From contig NC_068983.1 in the NCBI RefSeq assembly GCF_001194135.2, positions 114,335,693-114,399,692 of the forward strand: a stretch of 64,000 nt of DNA, written 5' to 3'. Every line of letters begins with the position of its first letter. Positions within the stretch are counted from its first letter, which is position 1. A program made the position numbers and the translations under genes. This DNA is from Octopus bimaculoides. Lineage: Eukaryota. Below the pieces are notes generated by a model that did no database searches, was not told the DNA's origin, and saw only the letters and a program-made list of their open reading frames with translations. This document shows, in pieces, positions 13,385 through 26,844 of this stretch.

Positions 13385-13826
13385 AATTGACATTGTTGGC
13401 TAGAATGCTCAATATTTCTTCCAACTCTCCGAGATCTGAGTTCAAATCCTGCCAAGGTCAATTTTACTTTCCATCCCTCTGGAGAAAATAAAACATACCA
13501 GTCCAAGATGGTGGATTAGTGGGAACTGTTAGGGTGTCAGTCAAAATATCTAGCAGTATCTGTTCCACTTATGGTACTCTAGTAGCAATGCCTTCAAAAA
13601 CATAGTTGTCAAGCAGTATTAGCATTAAGATGGTAGTCTTTCCTTTAGGTAATAATGATGGGGCACAAGGAGGGGAGACTAGAATAACTAGTACTTAATT
13701 TTAAACACCCTGAAAGGATGGAAGGCAAAGTCAACCTCTGCAACATTTAAAGTCAGAATGGAAACAACCAGAAGAAATGCTGTTAAGCATTTTTTCTGAA
13801 GTGATGATGATTCTGCAAGCTCATAG
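13385..13826. mobile_element. Two old SINE family A copies in inverted orientation
   Basis: + copy ctgagttcaaatcctgccaaggtcaatttt (to about 13510); - copy ccctgaaaggatggaaggcaaagtcaacctc (about 13690-13826). Confidence 0.65.
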
Positions 13827-13894
13827 CTTAGTAGTAGTAGTAATAGTATTAGTATTAGTATTAGTATTAGTAGTAGTAGTAGTAGTAGTAGTAA

Positions 13895-14377
13895 TGAACA
13901 AATGAAAAGAAATGGAACTGCATGGCAAATTAATGTAATAGTTGACAAACGTTGGAAGTGAAGCCTGCTGGCTTTAGCTGATGGACAGGAACTTGAAACA
14001 AGATACAGAAACATTAATTATAGCTGTTACTCAGGAACAAGCACTTGGAACAAATCTAGTAAAGGTAAAGATCAACAAAACTCAGTCAGACAACAAATGT
14101 AGAATCTATAGGAAAGGAGACAAGAGTATCAATCATATTTTGAATGAATGCTGTATACCAGCACAAAAGAATTACAAGAACAGACATGACTGTGTAGGCA
14201 AAAGAGTGTATTGGGGCATTAGTTGAGTAAGTGGCTTCAAAACAACGGAAAAATGGTATGAGCATGAACCGGAGGCTGTGATAGAAAATGAGAATTACAA
14301 GACCTCTTTGGGACCTTGCCATAAGGACTGACCATACTATTGAGGCAAGAAGACCAGACATGTTTACAGAGGACAAA
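13895..14377 (+). mobile_element. R4/Dong-type non-LTR retrotransposon ORF fragment (CCHC knuckle and start of restriction-like endonuclease)
   Basis: Translates LHGK...W..NLKQDTETLIIAVTQEQALGTN...KCRIYRKGDKSINHILNEC...YKNRHDCV...W, then KWYEHEPEAVIENENYK and LWDLAIRTDHTIEARRPDM: the CxxC/H/C, RHD and RPD motifs of RLE-encoding clades; stops and frameshifts present. Confidence 0.85.
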
Positions 14378-14401
14378 TATATATATATATATATATATAT
14401 A

Positions 14402-14508
14402 NNNNNNNNNNNNNNNNNNNNNNNNNNNNNNNNNNNNNNNNNNNNNNNNNNNNNNNNNNNNNNNNNNNNNNNNNNNNNNNNNNNNNNNNNNNNNNNNNNN
14501 NNNNNNNN
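14402..14508. other. Assembly gap (others at 19146-19368, 43812-44377, 49043-49052, 57251-57260)
   Basis: Runs of N, several flanked by (TA)n. Confidence 1.
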
Positions 14509-14905
14509 ATATATAGAACACACACACAGATGTGTGTGTGTGTGTAAAATCATCATTATCACCATCAAGATAGAGCGAGATAAAAATACACACTTATATA
14601 TCATCGTTCATGGAAAGAAACATTATTCCTCAGAACATTAAAATGATTGCTGTGGCAAATAACCAGTGAACTTTTTTTCCAGCTTTTCATATAGGAGGAA
14701 ATTTAATACATATTAATTCTAAATAGTTTTCCTATATGAAAAAAAAAAAAATTCAAACAAGAACCTTAATCTTATTTATAAACTATATATAGCTAACAAT
14801 TGTGTACAGAAATTCATAAATGCTCTTTGTTTTATTTAATGTATTGGCCACAAGAAGCTTTTTGACTTTCATCAATGGGATTGGAAAAATAATTCTAAAC
14901 TCATA

Positions 14906-16145
14906 TGAGGGTGGGCTGAAAAGTTCATAAGCTAACTATGAAGGAGTGATGCTAGAGGTGTGAAATCTAAGATGCATTAATTTCAGCTTTACTTATTAAT
15001 AATTGCATTGTTTTTATTTTTTCTAGGTAAACTGGTATCTCACTGTTCAAAGAAGACTTCAAAAGTAACTAGTACTGATTTCTCTTGAATATCGACATAA
15101 TTTGGTATCATGGTGTTATCAAGTAGCTGTAAGAAAAGGGTTTAGCCCCCAAGGATATTCATTCTGATATGGTTCTACATTAGGAAATGATGCTCCAGCT
15201 TTATCATCAGTGCAAAAGTGGGCAACTGAATTTAGGAGAAGAAGGGAAAGTCTTCAAGATGACCCAATGTCTGGACACCCTCAACAACCATCACCAAGGA
15301 AAACATTGACTGCTCACTACATGGTGCTGGATGTTAGGTGACTGATTATAAATCAAATAGCTAATGCTATTAACATATCCCATGAGAGAGTTGAAAATAT
15401 TCTGCACAATGAACTTGGCATGACGAAGGTTTCTTGTTCAGTGGGTGCTACATCTTTTGACACCTGATCAAAGGCTGATTACATCATGGGAAAATTGTTT
15501 GGGGCAAATCCATCTGGTTTCCTTGAATGTTTCCTAAGCAGGATGAGTGTTGACTTCAGTAATTTTGAGCCAGAGACATAGAAACAACCCATGCAGCAGA
15601 AACATCCTTCCTCACCTGCTCCAAAGAAGGTCAAGATCATTTAATCTGCAGGGAAGGTGATAGCCTCAGTTTTTTGGGATACAAAAGCATTGTGTTTATT
15701 AACTATTTTCAAAAAGACAACACCAACAATAGAGAGTACTATGCCAACTTTCTGAGGCACTTATGAAAGGTGTCTTGTTTCATCACTTCATGCTCCAGTA
15801 CACAAATCCTTGGTTTCAATGGCTGCTGTGTGAGACAGGCTTTGAACTGGTTCATCACTCTACCTATTTTCCTGATTTGGCCCCATCTGACTATCAGCTG
15901 TTCTTCAACATGAAAAAAACACTTGGCTAGGAACCAGTATCACAGTGATGATGACGTCATTTTTGCTGCTGATGACTTTTTTGTCCAACAAGATGAAAAC
16001 TTCTTCATCAATGGAATCCAAGTACTGCAACTTCAATGGAAGAAGTGTGTGGACCACAAGGGGCACTATGTTGAAAAAAACAACTTCATTTGGTCAAATT
16101 CCATGAGTGTCTTGATCAGCCAATGAACTTTTCAGTCCACCCTTG
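14906..16145 (+). mobile_element. Mariner transposon, full length, inactivated
   Basis: TA at 14904-5 and 16146-7; 28-bp TIRs tgagggtgggctgaaaagttcataagct vs caagggtggactgaaaagttcattggct (23/28); relic motifs DDPMSGHP, WVLHLLTPDQ (WVPHEL), YFPDLAPSDY (YSPDL) and C-terminal WKKCVDHKGHYVEK; multiple stops and frameshifts. Confidence 0.95.
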
Positions 16146-17847
16146 TACATTATAATGGCTGGAAATTTTATATTAAGAATATTATTTGGTATGGCTTTTT
16201 AAATAGTACAGTTTGAAAGAAAGAAAAAACAAAGTAGTGGTATGCTTTGTTCAAATACCCCTGAAGAAAGCAATATTATATTGAATATATCAGTCAATGT
16301 CACTAGTGCATCATTTGTATAAACTTGTAAAATTAGTCCAGAAAATATATTAATGTATTTAAAAAAATGTCAGCTTTTGAAAAGTGGATAAAAACAAACC
16401 TGAGAAAAGAAAATGTGCTAAGTAAAAAGAATAAACCAATGTGGACTTTGATAAACAATTTTCTATTTTATATCAGCGAAAGGTTTATAATAGTGAATAA
16501 ATTTGGTTAAATAATGGGGGGAAAAAAATGAAGCAATGGCAGGAGGCTATTTATAGCAGTCTGAGCCATTTAATACAGGAACTTATTAATCCAAATTATC
16601 ATTAATTCTTAAGATCACCTCAGTTTTTCAAGACAACTTAATTGTTTCCACTGATAAATATATACCAAGAAGGGCTAATACATATGATTAACATGAAATA
16701 ACAACTAAGCTAAATATACAATCTGCTTCTGTGCAGTTCTCTAATATCCAAACCTTAAACTGCATTATTCTTTAGAAAAATAAAAGCCCAAAGTACTTAA
16801 TGTATGAAATCTATTGGCTGCCAAAAAATTTTTTAGGTTATAATATGAAAAGACATTGTTCTACATAATATATATAAAGGTTAGCAATATGTTATGGTAC
16901 TGTAATTCTATGTGAGTTAACAAAGGTGTAAATGTATTTCAATGTAATAAAATAAAGGCTGCTCACTCATATTTATCCCTTTTAAATACTAGAGAAATTT
17001 TAAATGAGCAGAAGTTTTACAGCTGAATACCCTTTCTAAAAAGCAAAAGTAACAAAAAGGTTATCATTCAATAGAGAAGCCTCAAAGCCTTCGTAAATTA
17101 GCCTAGATAAATATTAATGAAATAATGTAGTCACAATGAATTTCTTAGGCAAAATATATTTTATGTGTGAATTATTATTATTGTGTATTTGATTGCCTAT
17201 TTCTAAGTGGTTCCTCTTTAGCTAGGAAAACACTAGTCTACTCTAAAACATAATGATGCAAGTTCATTGATTCCTTTTATCATTATGATATTAATTTGAA
17301 ACTGCTTGTATCAAAATCAAAAAATGGCCATTAACTGAAACTTCGCTATTTACTGGTTGCATCATGCTACTAGGCAAGACTAAATATAGTACCTACTCCA
17401 GTTAGGCTAATTGAAGGTATGGATGAGTTCTAATAAAGCAGCAGAAAGAGGCATGTTGTTGTAAAACATGAATTGAAACAATCTGAGTAAATATCTGAGT
17501 TATTAGAAATATGTTATCATTGGAACAGCTTGTAACAATGAGGCTAACTATAGCTATCTCATGTGTATGACACTGGTTGATCCATTCATGTTTCTGCATT
17601 TCTTTACTAGTCATTACTGAGACAAAACTTTTCATTCCTAAAGGCCACCATTGATGCTATTCAATGGAAAGAGTTCAAGGTAGAGAATCTTAAAATATGG
17701 CATTACTTGATCCACATAACAAACTAGAATATAAGAAAATAAGACAATAAATTACAAATTTTCCAATCAAATAATTGTTGAAGAATGTAAAACATTTCAA
17801 AGATAAAGAGTAGTTTCAACCTGTGTGGTTTAAGAACAGATTCATCA

Positions 17848-18280
17848 TGCTCAAGTGTCTTTCAGAAATCTTTTCCGGGACAAAATATCACAGCTAATGC
17901 TACTCCATATTCAAGTACATTCATGTTAAACACATAGGTATTTTAACCTACAGCTGTTTCAAATTTATATATCAATTTAACTCTAGCTTAGCTAGCTTTC
18001 ACATAAATCAGTGAATTTTTGTTGACTGATTTCTATAAGTCAGACAGGCATCTCAACTTGGCTCACAATATCTGGAATTCATCATGGCAGACACCAAACC
18101 AGGTTGAAACACTGTATCTATGATCCACTGGCAAGTTTTTAACATGCAAGTCTATTTGAGAAATTTTTTCTGGAACAAAATATCACAGATAGTGTTATTT
18201 CAGTTTTGTATAGACACTATATATATTATACACACTGGCATTCGAATTTAAGGCTGTTTCAAATGTAAATATTAATATGA
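17848..18280. repeat. Diverged direct duplication, period about 295-300 bp
   Basis: caaaatatcacag at 17881 and 18176; gctgtttcaaat at 17953 and 18253; catg..caagt.t.ttt.agaaat.tttt upstream of both. Confidence 0.65.
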
Positions 18281-19789
18281 AATAGCTTCCCATTGTTTAT
18301 AAGATTTATTTTGTCCAATTCTAAACAAAACTTTGTTGGCTACCACAGTAGCTTTACTCTGCTAAGTCATATGAAGTGTTATTTTTGCCCCAAATCAATC
18401 ACATTTAGGTAGGAAATGATAGGTACAAGTGTGTTTAACATTGGTTGTTTACAATATTTGATAACAATGTGTAATGAGTTATTATAAAACTATTTCACAG
18501 AAGTATACAGATAGACAAGTAACGTCGCTGTTGAGTAATTATTTAGTCAGGCATTATCCAACTTCTAGCAACATATCTAAAACCTTTAAGCTGCTGAGAT
18601 AACAAGAGACTGTAGCATACAAAGAAGTTACATGGTTTCTGTTGAGCTAGGTTATGTAGCCATCATGTCTGAGATAGGACAGCAATGAAATATAAGTGCA
18701 GGTCATTGAATTTGGCTCTTGTGTTTATTGGATGTGCTAGCTTTCATTATTGTTGTCAGAGAATAATGACAGGACAGCTTGCATGACAGCTAAAAGTTGG
18801 CATTCCACACTACACAGATATTTTTTTTCTTTTTAGCAAAATCTTAACTGAAAGATAGGGAAAAACAAACAAAAAGAAAAAAAGTAAAAATATAAGAAAA
18901 AGCAACCTTAAATCAAAATACAAGTGTGGAATATTCTAAAATTGCTTAAAAAGAAAATGAGTTTGACGGATAAATATAAAAAAAAAAAAAAGATGTATTG
19001 ATTTTACTAATTAGTTGAGAGAAAAAAGATATGATGCTCCATCAGAAAAAGCAGAAAATAGGGAAGAGATAGTGAGTGGGGGAATCACTGCACTCATCTT
19101 AATAGAATTTAAAAATTTCTAGTATCAAAAGCACTATAATAATACNNNNNNNNNNNNNNNNNNNNNNNNNNNNNNNNNNNNNNNNNNNNNNNNNNNNNNN
19201 NNNNNNNNNNNNNNNNNNNNNNNNNNNNNNNNNNNNNNNNNNNNNNNNNNNNNNNNNNNNNNNNNNNNNNNNNNNNNNNNNNNNNNNNNNNNNNNNNNNN
19301 NNNNNNNNNNNNNNNNNNNNNNNNNNNNNNNNNNNNNNNNNNNNNNNNNNNNNNNNNNNNNNNNNNNNAATACAAAAACAAGTCTCAAAGATGATGTAAT
19401 AATCTACAACTATATTTAAATGTCCTTGAATAACGAAAAAAAAAAAAAGAATATTGAGCACTTAAATGTAATATAAAAAATTGATTTAACTTCAACTCTA
19501 GGTACTTATATGGATTTAACTTAGTAATTACAATTTTAAGACACAAAAATTTTGTAATAAACTGTTTGCTACTGCAGATTCTTATCTCAAAATCACTAAA
19601 AACATTAATATGATTAAACTGAAAAAATATATGTAATAACATCAGTAAGTACAGTAAGTATAATGTTCAAGTTGAATTTTTGCCAGAATTTCAAAAAAGT
19701 TGTGTTATGGTAACTTTTAAAAATATAGGCTTTTAATAAAAACAATAGCGAAGTAGTGGTTAAAGAAAAGTGGTTTACCATTATCATTT

Positions 19790-20940
19790 TATACCTCTCT
19801 CAAGCATGCATGTGTTAGATGGGTCTTATTAGGTACATAGTCTTGTAATTTGTTGTGGTTTTTTATCATCTCCTTCATGAGGTTCAGCTACCTGAGATTA
19901 GATCTCCCCATTTCTTCCCGAGTTTTCCTTTTTTGCAGGTTCTTCTATATGGATCACTTGGCACTTTTTACCCATTTTGTCATCCTACATCCTCGACACA
20001 GCTCAGTCTTCCTTCTTGCAACATTAGGTTTGATTTCTCATACACCCAGTTTTTCACTCATCTAATAAATACTCTGTCATTCATCCATACTAACATTAAT
20101 TACATCACTTCTTTACATCCTTCAGACATCCTCCACATTCAATGCCCCATGTCTCATTACCATGCAGCATCACAGTTTGAACACAAACATCATATGCCCT
20201 TCACTCAGTAAGAAAATGCATTTGTTGCTATCAGAATTAGGAGCTCCTTGAACTTTTTTAACAAATCTTACTCCAATTACAAGACCCTTCTCCACTGTTA
20301 ATTAGCTCATCTAAATAATCCTTACTACTTTGGGAAAGGCCTGAAATTTTGAGGTAGGATGCTAGTCGATCACATCAACCCCACTGTTCAACAGGTACTT
20401 ATTTTATCGACCCTGGAAGGATGAAAATCAAAGTTGACCATGGTGGAATTTGAACTCAGAACATAAAGTTGAAAACAATGTCAATAAGCATTTTCTATCG
20501 TACAGCAATGATTCTACCATCTTGAACCTTAGGTCATCTAAATAATGGATGCTATCAGCTATTAAAAGAGATGCTCCTGGGTATTTGAAAGGAACATTTT
20601 ATAGTAGCTCTTATGGGAATTACTTCTGTACATACATAGTCCTTCTCAGTTAGCCTACATGTAATCCCACTGCATCTTTTGTGCACCCAGTCTAAACTGG
20701 GTACACCACAGAGCATTTTCGCTTACTTCTTTTTTTGCATATTAAACATGGTTATGTCCCAGAAGACAGTAGTGTCCTATCTTCTTTCCTGTGAAATAAA
20801 ACTTTTTGTCTTTGTTTTGTCAGTTCTAGGCGTTGCTTCTACATTTGGAATTTCTTTAATTCTTCAACAGATTCATCCCTGAGAACTAGGTCATCATTAA
20901 ACAGAAGTTCCCACGGACAGCCGGTCTTAAACTTCTGTTG
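19790..20940 (-). mobile_element. RTE-type (RTE-X-like) LINE relic: RT end, Cys-rich insert and C-terminus, split by a SINE
   Basis: Minus strand FKTGCPWELLFNDDLVLRDESVEELKKF (YADD box), WVHKRCSGI, then VKG.YDVCVQTVMLHGNETW and WVKKCQ; homologous to 30670-31540. Confidence 0.85.
20320..20533 (-). mobile_element. SINE family A nested in the RTE relic
   Basis: 13-bp TSD tcatctaaataat at 20307-20319 and 20534-20546. Confidence 0.9.
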
Positions 20941-22662
20941 GAGTGTGGGTGTGTGTATGTGTGTGTGAAAAATAGGTGTACTGAATCTGTTTATATTTAT
21001 TTATATTTAATGTGGTTAACATAGAAATCCTCTTCATCTTTACAAAGCTATCAACATTTGAATTTATGACCACCATGAGTGTGGGTGAGTGTGAATGCGT
21101 GAAAGAAAAACTGAAATGAAAAATGGAGTGATAGAGAGATAGAGAGAGGAAGCGAGAGAACAAGGATGAAAGAGATATTCTTTATTCTAAGCATCCCAAA
21201 CGATACATCCTTCTTTGTAAATGGGATTATTATAGTAAAGCTGTGTAGATGGTGGTATTTATCAAATGTCCAAAGTTCAGTACTGTCAGTTATTTTACCA
21301 ATTCATAAATCCTCAGAGACATATAATCTATATAAATTATTAACAAACAACATTCTGTTCTAGGAAGAAAAAGAATTCAAGAAATATTCTGACAATGTTA
21401 CCATATTTTAGTTATTAAAACACTTGACTCCACAAAGAAGAAACTCAATTGTATCACAGTTCATTTTACTCTTTTGCTTGAAAAGTTTGTAAGATATTTC
21501 AGGCAAAATTTCTATAAACCACAATTCTTTCAACCTGTACATCATCTATTTGAGTAGAAACTGGAATTCCGAATAGTTCCTTAGCATACTTTCTATCAAT
21601 TTGAATTTCTTTTTTACTACTTATGAGGATAAAATGTATTTAAATAAATGGTATTTATCTTCAATTGTTGAAGTTTAACTAATCTTAATATTTCTGTTTA
21701 AGACCTGTATAGTATACACACACATATATATATATAGTTAGTTAAAGGTCTAATCTTGACTCCACCTTCAGTCAGTCAGCTCAGCTGAAAATTTTACATA
21801 CTATAAATAGAAATCTTCTAACAATGTCAGAAATAATATGAATAAAGGAAATTTTTGTTGAAATTTAGTATTTATAAAAAATATAAATAAGACAAAAAAA
21901 AAAAGAAAAATTCCTATTTCCATCAAGACATATTTATATAAAAAATAGCATTAGATAAAAAATAAAAGAAAAATAAAAGTTTATTTCCAGGGTATAGAAA
22001 GTCTTTCTGCAGTTAAACAGGTTATGCTTCGGAACAGCAAACATGCTCGCTCCATTATTTAAAACTAAAAGATATACAAGAACAAAAACATCTTTGAAGC
22101 AATGGTTGAAATGTTTAGTTACTTAACTCTTTATGCTTGGTTTAAGTCAACACAGGTGAACTAGCTTTCCTGAGAAAAAGATTATTTTTCAAATACTTCA
22201 CCCAACATATCAGGAAAAAAAAAGAAAATGAAATATATATATATAAAAAAAAAAGGACAAAGTGGTTGTGACCCAGTATTTGAGAGCATGTGTCATTTGG
22301 GGCTGTGGTTTAACTGGCACTTAAGCACAGTAAAACTAGATTTACAGAAATAGACAGAAATAGAAACAAGAAAAATGTAGTAATTAATTTTCCTAAAATG
22401 GTATCAATTAACCAGTATTCTTAGCTATGTCTACTTATTAGCAGTGACAATGATTTTGTTCAGCTTGTCTCATGACAGCCTTTTATAAACATCAACTGGC
22501 AACACATTCAGTGACATCACTTTCAGCTTTAACCTTCATAGAAGAGTTTCATGGTTCATAAAACAGACAGGAGCAATGTTTGAACTGAGCAAAATGAAGC
22601 AAGAGAAATTGAAATAAGGAGAATCGAGGAATATATTTAGAATGAGAGTAGAACAAGTGTGT

Positions 22663-22687
22663 GAGAGAGAGAAAGAGAGAAAGAGAG

Positions 22688-22785
<98 letters not shown>
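22663..22785. repeat. (GA)n(GACA)n microsatellite
   Basis: Direct reading. Confidence 0.95.
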
Positions 22786-23266
22786 CCAGACTGACAGAGA
22801 TCAAGTGAATGTGATTGTGTATGTTTGAGAGTAAGTGAATACATGAGAATGCATGAAAATGAGTGTGAGGGCAAATGTATATACATAAATGTATGAGTGG
22901 TCAGGTATGTTTGTAGATGAAATGAGTGGATATATGTAAAGTTGAAGTGATTGGGTATGTGTGATTGGTAAGCATGTTCAGTTCAACAGTTTTAAATAAT
23001 CTTTTTTTTTATGGCTATGTCATCAATCTCTAATACCAGGTACAACTTTACATATTGCATCAATTCTATACAAAGAACACTTGTATAAAGTTATAAGGAC
23101 AAAACAGAAAGGGCTACCTGTAAGTTTCTGTAAATGCTACAGTATCAAAACAATATGTAACTCCATGTAAAATCACAAGGAAAATGAAGATCTTATAAGG
23201 GTATAATATATATGTATCATATATTAAAATATATATATCATAGTATAATATAAGGGTACAACATAT

Positions 23267-23479
23267 TCTTTTCTACTATAGGTACAAGGCCTGAAATTTC
23301 TTTTTGCAGGGGAGGTCGTTGATCAAGTTGACATCAGTGCTTGACTGGTACCTATTTTATCAACTCCAAAAGGATGAAAGCAAAGTTGACATCAGTAGAA
23401 TTTGAACTCAGAACACAAAGATGGATAAAATGCTACAAAGCATTTTGTCTGGTGTGCTGATAGTTCTGCCAACAAGCTC
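23267..23479 (-). mobile_element. SINE family A
   Basis: 18-bp TSD with two mismatches, tataagggtacaacatat (23249-23266) and tataagggcataacatat (23480-23497). Confidence 0.9.
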
Positions 23480-23516
23480 TATAAGGGCATAACATATCAA
23501 ATCATAATATATAATG

Positions 23517-23903
23517 ATTTTTTATCGTTTATTTGTTTTAGTTATTGGACTGCACCCTTACTAGGGCAGTGCCTTGAAGGACTTAGTCAAATAAATCAAT
23601 CCCAGTATTTATTTTTAAGTCTGGTACATATTCTACTGGTCTCTTTTGGTGAACCGCTACATTACAGAGATGTGAATGAACCAACATTGGTTGTTAATTG
23701 GTGTGGAGGCAACCACATATACACCCCAACCCCCACACATACATTCAATATGCTTCCTTACAGTTTCTGTCTACCAAATTCACTCACCAGGCATTGGTCA
23801 GCGTGGGGCAGTAGCAGAAAACACTTGCCCAAGATGCTGTATGGTGGAACAGAACTTGAAGCCACACAGTTGCAAAGTTAGCTTCTTAACTATACAACCA
23901 TAC
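23517..23903 (-). mobile_element. SINE family B, tail type X (tRNA head plus CORE-like segment)
   Basis: Reverse of head ...ttgggcaagtgttttctgctac...ggtagacagaaactg and tail cactgccctagtaagggtgcagtccaataactaaaac; same layout as 55880-56530. Confidence 0.75.
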
Positions 23904-23949
23904 CTATTATAATCAAATATAGGGATTACGTATTTCAACTTTCACTTCT

Positions 23950-24227
23950 ATCATCATCATCATTTAAGGTCCGCTTTCCATGCTAGCACGGGTTGGACGA
24001 TTTGACTGAGGGCTGGTGAAACCAGATGGCTACACCAAGCTCCAATCTGATTTAGCAGAGTTTCTACAGCTGGATACCCTTCCTAAAGCCAACCACTCCG
24101 AGAGTGTAGTGGGTGCTTTTACGTGCCACCGGCACGAAGGCCAGTCAGGCGGCACTGGCAACGGCCACGCTCAAAATGGTGTATTTAATGTGCCACCCGC
24201 ACAAGAGCCAGTCCAGGGGCACTGGCT
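23950..24227 (-). mobile_element. RTE-derived 3' end with (GAT)n tail, relatively young
   Basis: catcatcatcatttaaggtccgctttccatgctagcacgggttggacg...gtgcttttacgtgccaccggcacg; CpG-rich; reverse of 49713-50040. Confidence 0.85.
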
Positions 24228-25522
24228 ATACTTCTTCATATTTTATCATATTTCATAGATAATTTTTTTTAAGATGCATATCTAACTAATCTTCGCAGGA
24301 ACAGTATATTTGAAGATTCAGCATGATTCAGCAATGAATAAATAAAATTAGAGTCAATAAAATGTTTTGAGATGGAAAAGTTTTATCCAATTGAAAATCC
24401 AAAGAATTCTAAAATTAATATTAGTATATCTGGAATACCTTTACAGATGAAGAGACAATGCACAAAAATGAAATTTAACTCTACTTAACAAAAACTGAAA
24501 AGTGTCCTAAAAGAAGTCATATAAAAAATATGTATAAAATTGCTTTGAAAAATGAAATTATCAGCTCTGAAACTATAACAATAATTACAACCTTTGATTT
24601 TAAATAAAATGATATTCAGCTCAACAAAAACTATGCCATATATAATTTCAATCACTCCTTTAAAAAAAAAAAATAAATAAAAGGAAATAAAGCATTTTAC
24701 AGATGATAAGAAACAAAAAGAACCGAAATATAGAGAAAATCAACTACATAACATGACAAAGACAATAATAATATGGATAAATGAATGGATATAGATAGAT
24801 CAATGTCATACAACATGACACTCAAGATAATATTTGTTAGTGCCATGATACAGCATTTGCAAGCAAAGAAATAGCAGATATGTTGAGACACAGAATGGAA
24901 AATCACATAGATCTTATCTGTTCTATGGCACATGGAGGGTGACGGAAAGGAAGGTGAGGAGAGGAGTAACTGAACAGAAGAAAGCAAATGTAGTTCTTTT
25001 AGAAAACAGCAACAACACTGACTACAAGAGCAACAACAAAAGTACAACAAATAATTCCAGTCACAGTGAATCAAAATCTTAAGTCTATATTTACAAGCCA
25101 ACTTTTATATAAATAACTTTTAATTGAATACATATACTATACATATGCACACACACGCATATGTATGTGTGCATATGTGTTTGAAAGTATGAGAAAGAGT
25201 GAGAAAAAGAGAGAAGTTAAAGTCAGCAGAATATGTACACAAAAACAGAGGTGCGCATGCACACACACACATATATACATATATGCCTAGAAATTTGAAC
25301 ACACACACACATGCACATATTTGTGGTTAATGGTTGACTTTGGAAATGAAAAAAAAAATTTTTTTAAACATGAAGTACTCAATTCGTTGAGTAGAGGAGA
25401 AAAATACCATTTATTAAATAAATGACTCAGACAGTATAGTACTAGTTGTCTCCTTAGAGAAGAATTCATCACTCAGACAAATTCTTTACTGACAACAGAA
25501 CTAGCACTATAAGAGTCATTTG

Positions 25523-25564
<42 letters not shown>

Positions 25565-26287
25565 TCAGAGTAAGAGAGATTTACAGTTTCAAACTAAAGT
25601 AAACTTTCAAAAGCAAACAGTAAGTACAATGTTAAAATAACTAGATGAAAAAAAAAAAAAAAAATTAAGTATAGTTCATTCAGTCATTATCTGCAGATAT
25701 GAAACAAAATATGGGATATGAAGCTGCTGCATCTTCAATATAAATTGAATTTATTATCATTATATTTTTTTTCTGTCACCTCTTTGCCTTAATTAAAAGC
25801 ATCATACATTGTCTTAGAAGTGATGCTAGTAGGACTGGTGAGAAAAAAATGGCATCCCTCTTCAGAATTTTTTTTAGAAAAATGAGAGAGAGAGAGAGAG
25901 AAATAGAGCAATGGTATTGGGTGGAGACACCACTGAAAGCAATTCCAAACCAAAATGTCAATGAAACTAAACAGTCAGGGGGAGGGGGTTATCAGAGGCT
26001 GGTAACTACCATAATAAATGAGCTGCTGATGAACCCATTTTCAGAAGTGGTAGTGGTGGTTGGGGGAGGGATGAATACTTCAAGAGACACAGGGGGAGTA
26101 ACAAATCAAGTGAAACGAAGCAAGACCCTAAATATCCTTTAATCTGTCTAGCAAATAACATACTACTACTACTGCAACCGCCCTCCACCATCACCATTGC
26201 CACAACTATTATGACTACTACATTTTAAGAAGGCTAAATGGTGTGGTGCATGTTGGATGGGAGTTGTGATAATAATAAAAAACAGAC

Positions 26288-26357
<70 letters not shown>

Positions 26358-26384
26358 AAGTGAAAAAATTGCAAAAGAAAATTA

Positions 26385-26800
26385 ATAATAATGATTTCTC
26401 ATTTAAGCCGTAATTTTGAAGAGAAGGAATTAGTTGATTACACCAACTCTAGTATTTGACTGGCACTTTATTCTATCAACCCTGAAGTGATGAAAGGCAA
26501 ACGTGACCTCCATGGGATTTGAACTCAGAACAGAAAGAGCCAGGAAAAATAATGTATGCATAATGATATCAACTGTTTCTAATTTAGGCACAAGGCCATC
26601 CATTTGGAGTGGATGAGGTCAGCCAATGCCTTTGACCCTAATACTAAACTGGTACTTTTTTAATATCAACACTGAAGGGATGAAAAGCAAAATTGGTCTT
26701 AACAGAATTTGAGCTCAGACCATAAAGAGGTAGAAAAATCACTGTGATGTATTATTTTTCCTGATGTTTTAATATTTCTGCCAGTCCACAACCCTTTATA
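26385..26800 (-). mobile_element. Two tandem SINE family A copies
   Basis: Cores gatgaaaggcaaacgtgacctc (about 26490) and ggatgaaaagcaaaattggtc (about 26680), each preceded by an AAT-type tail. Confidence 0.7.
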
Positions 26801-26844
26801 ATAATCATAATAATAATTGTTGGTAACATTTCATTAATCTGTTT

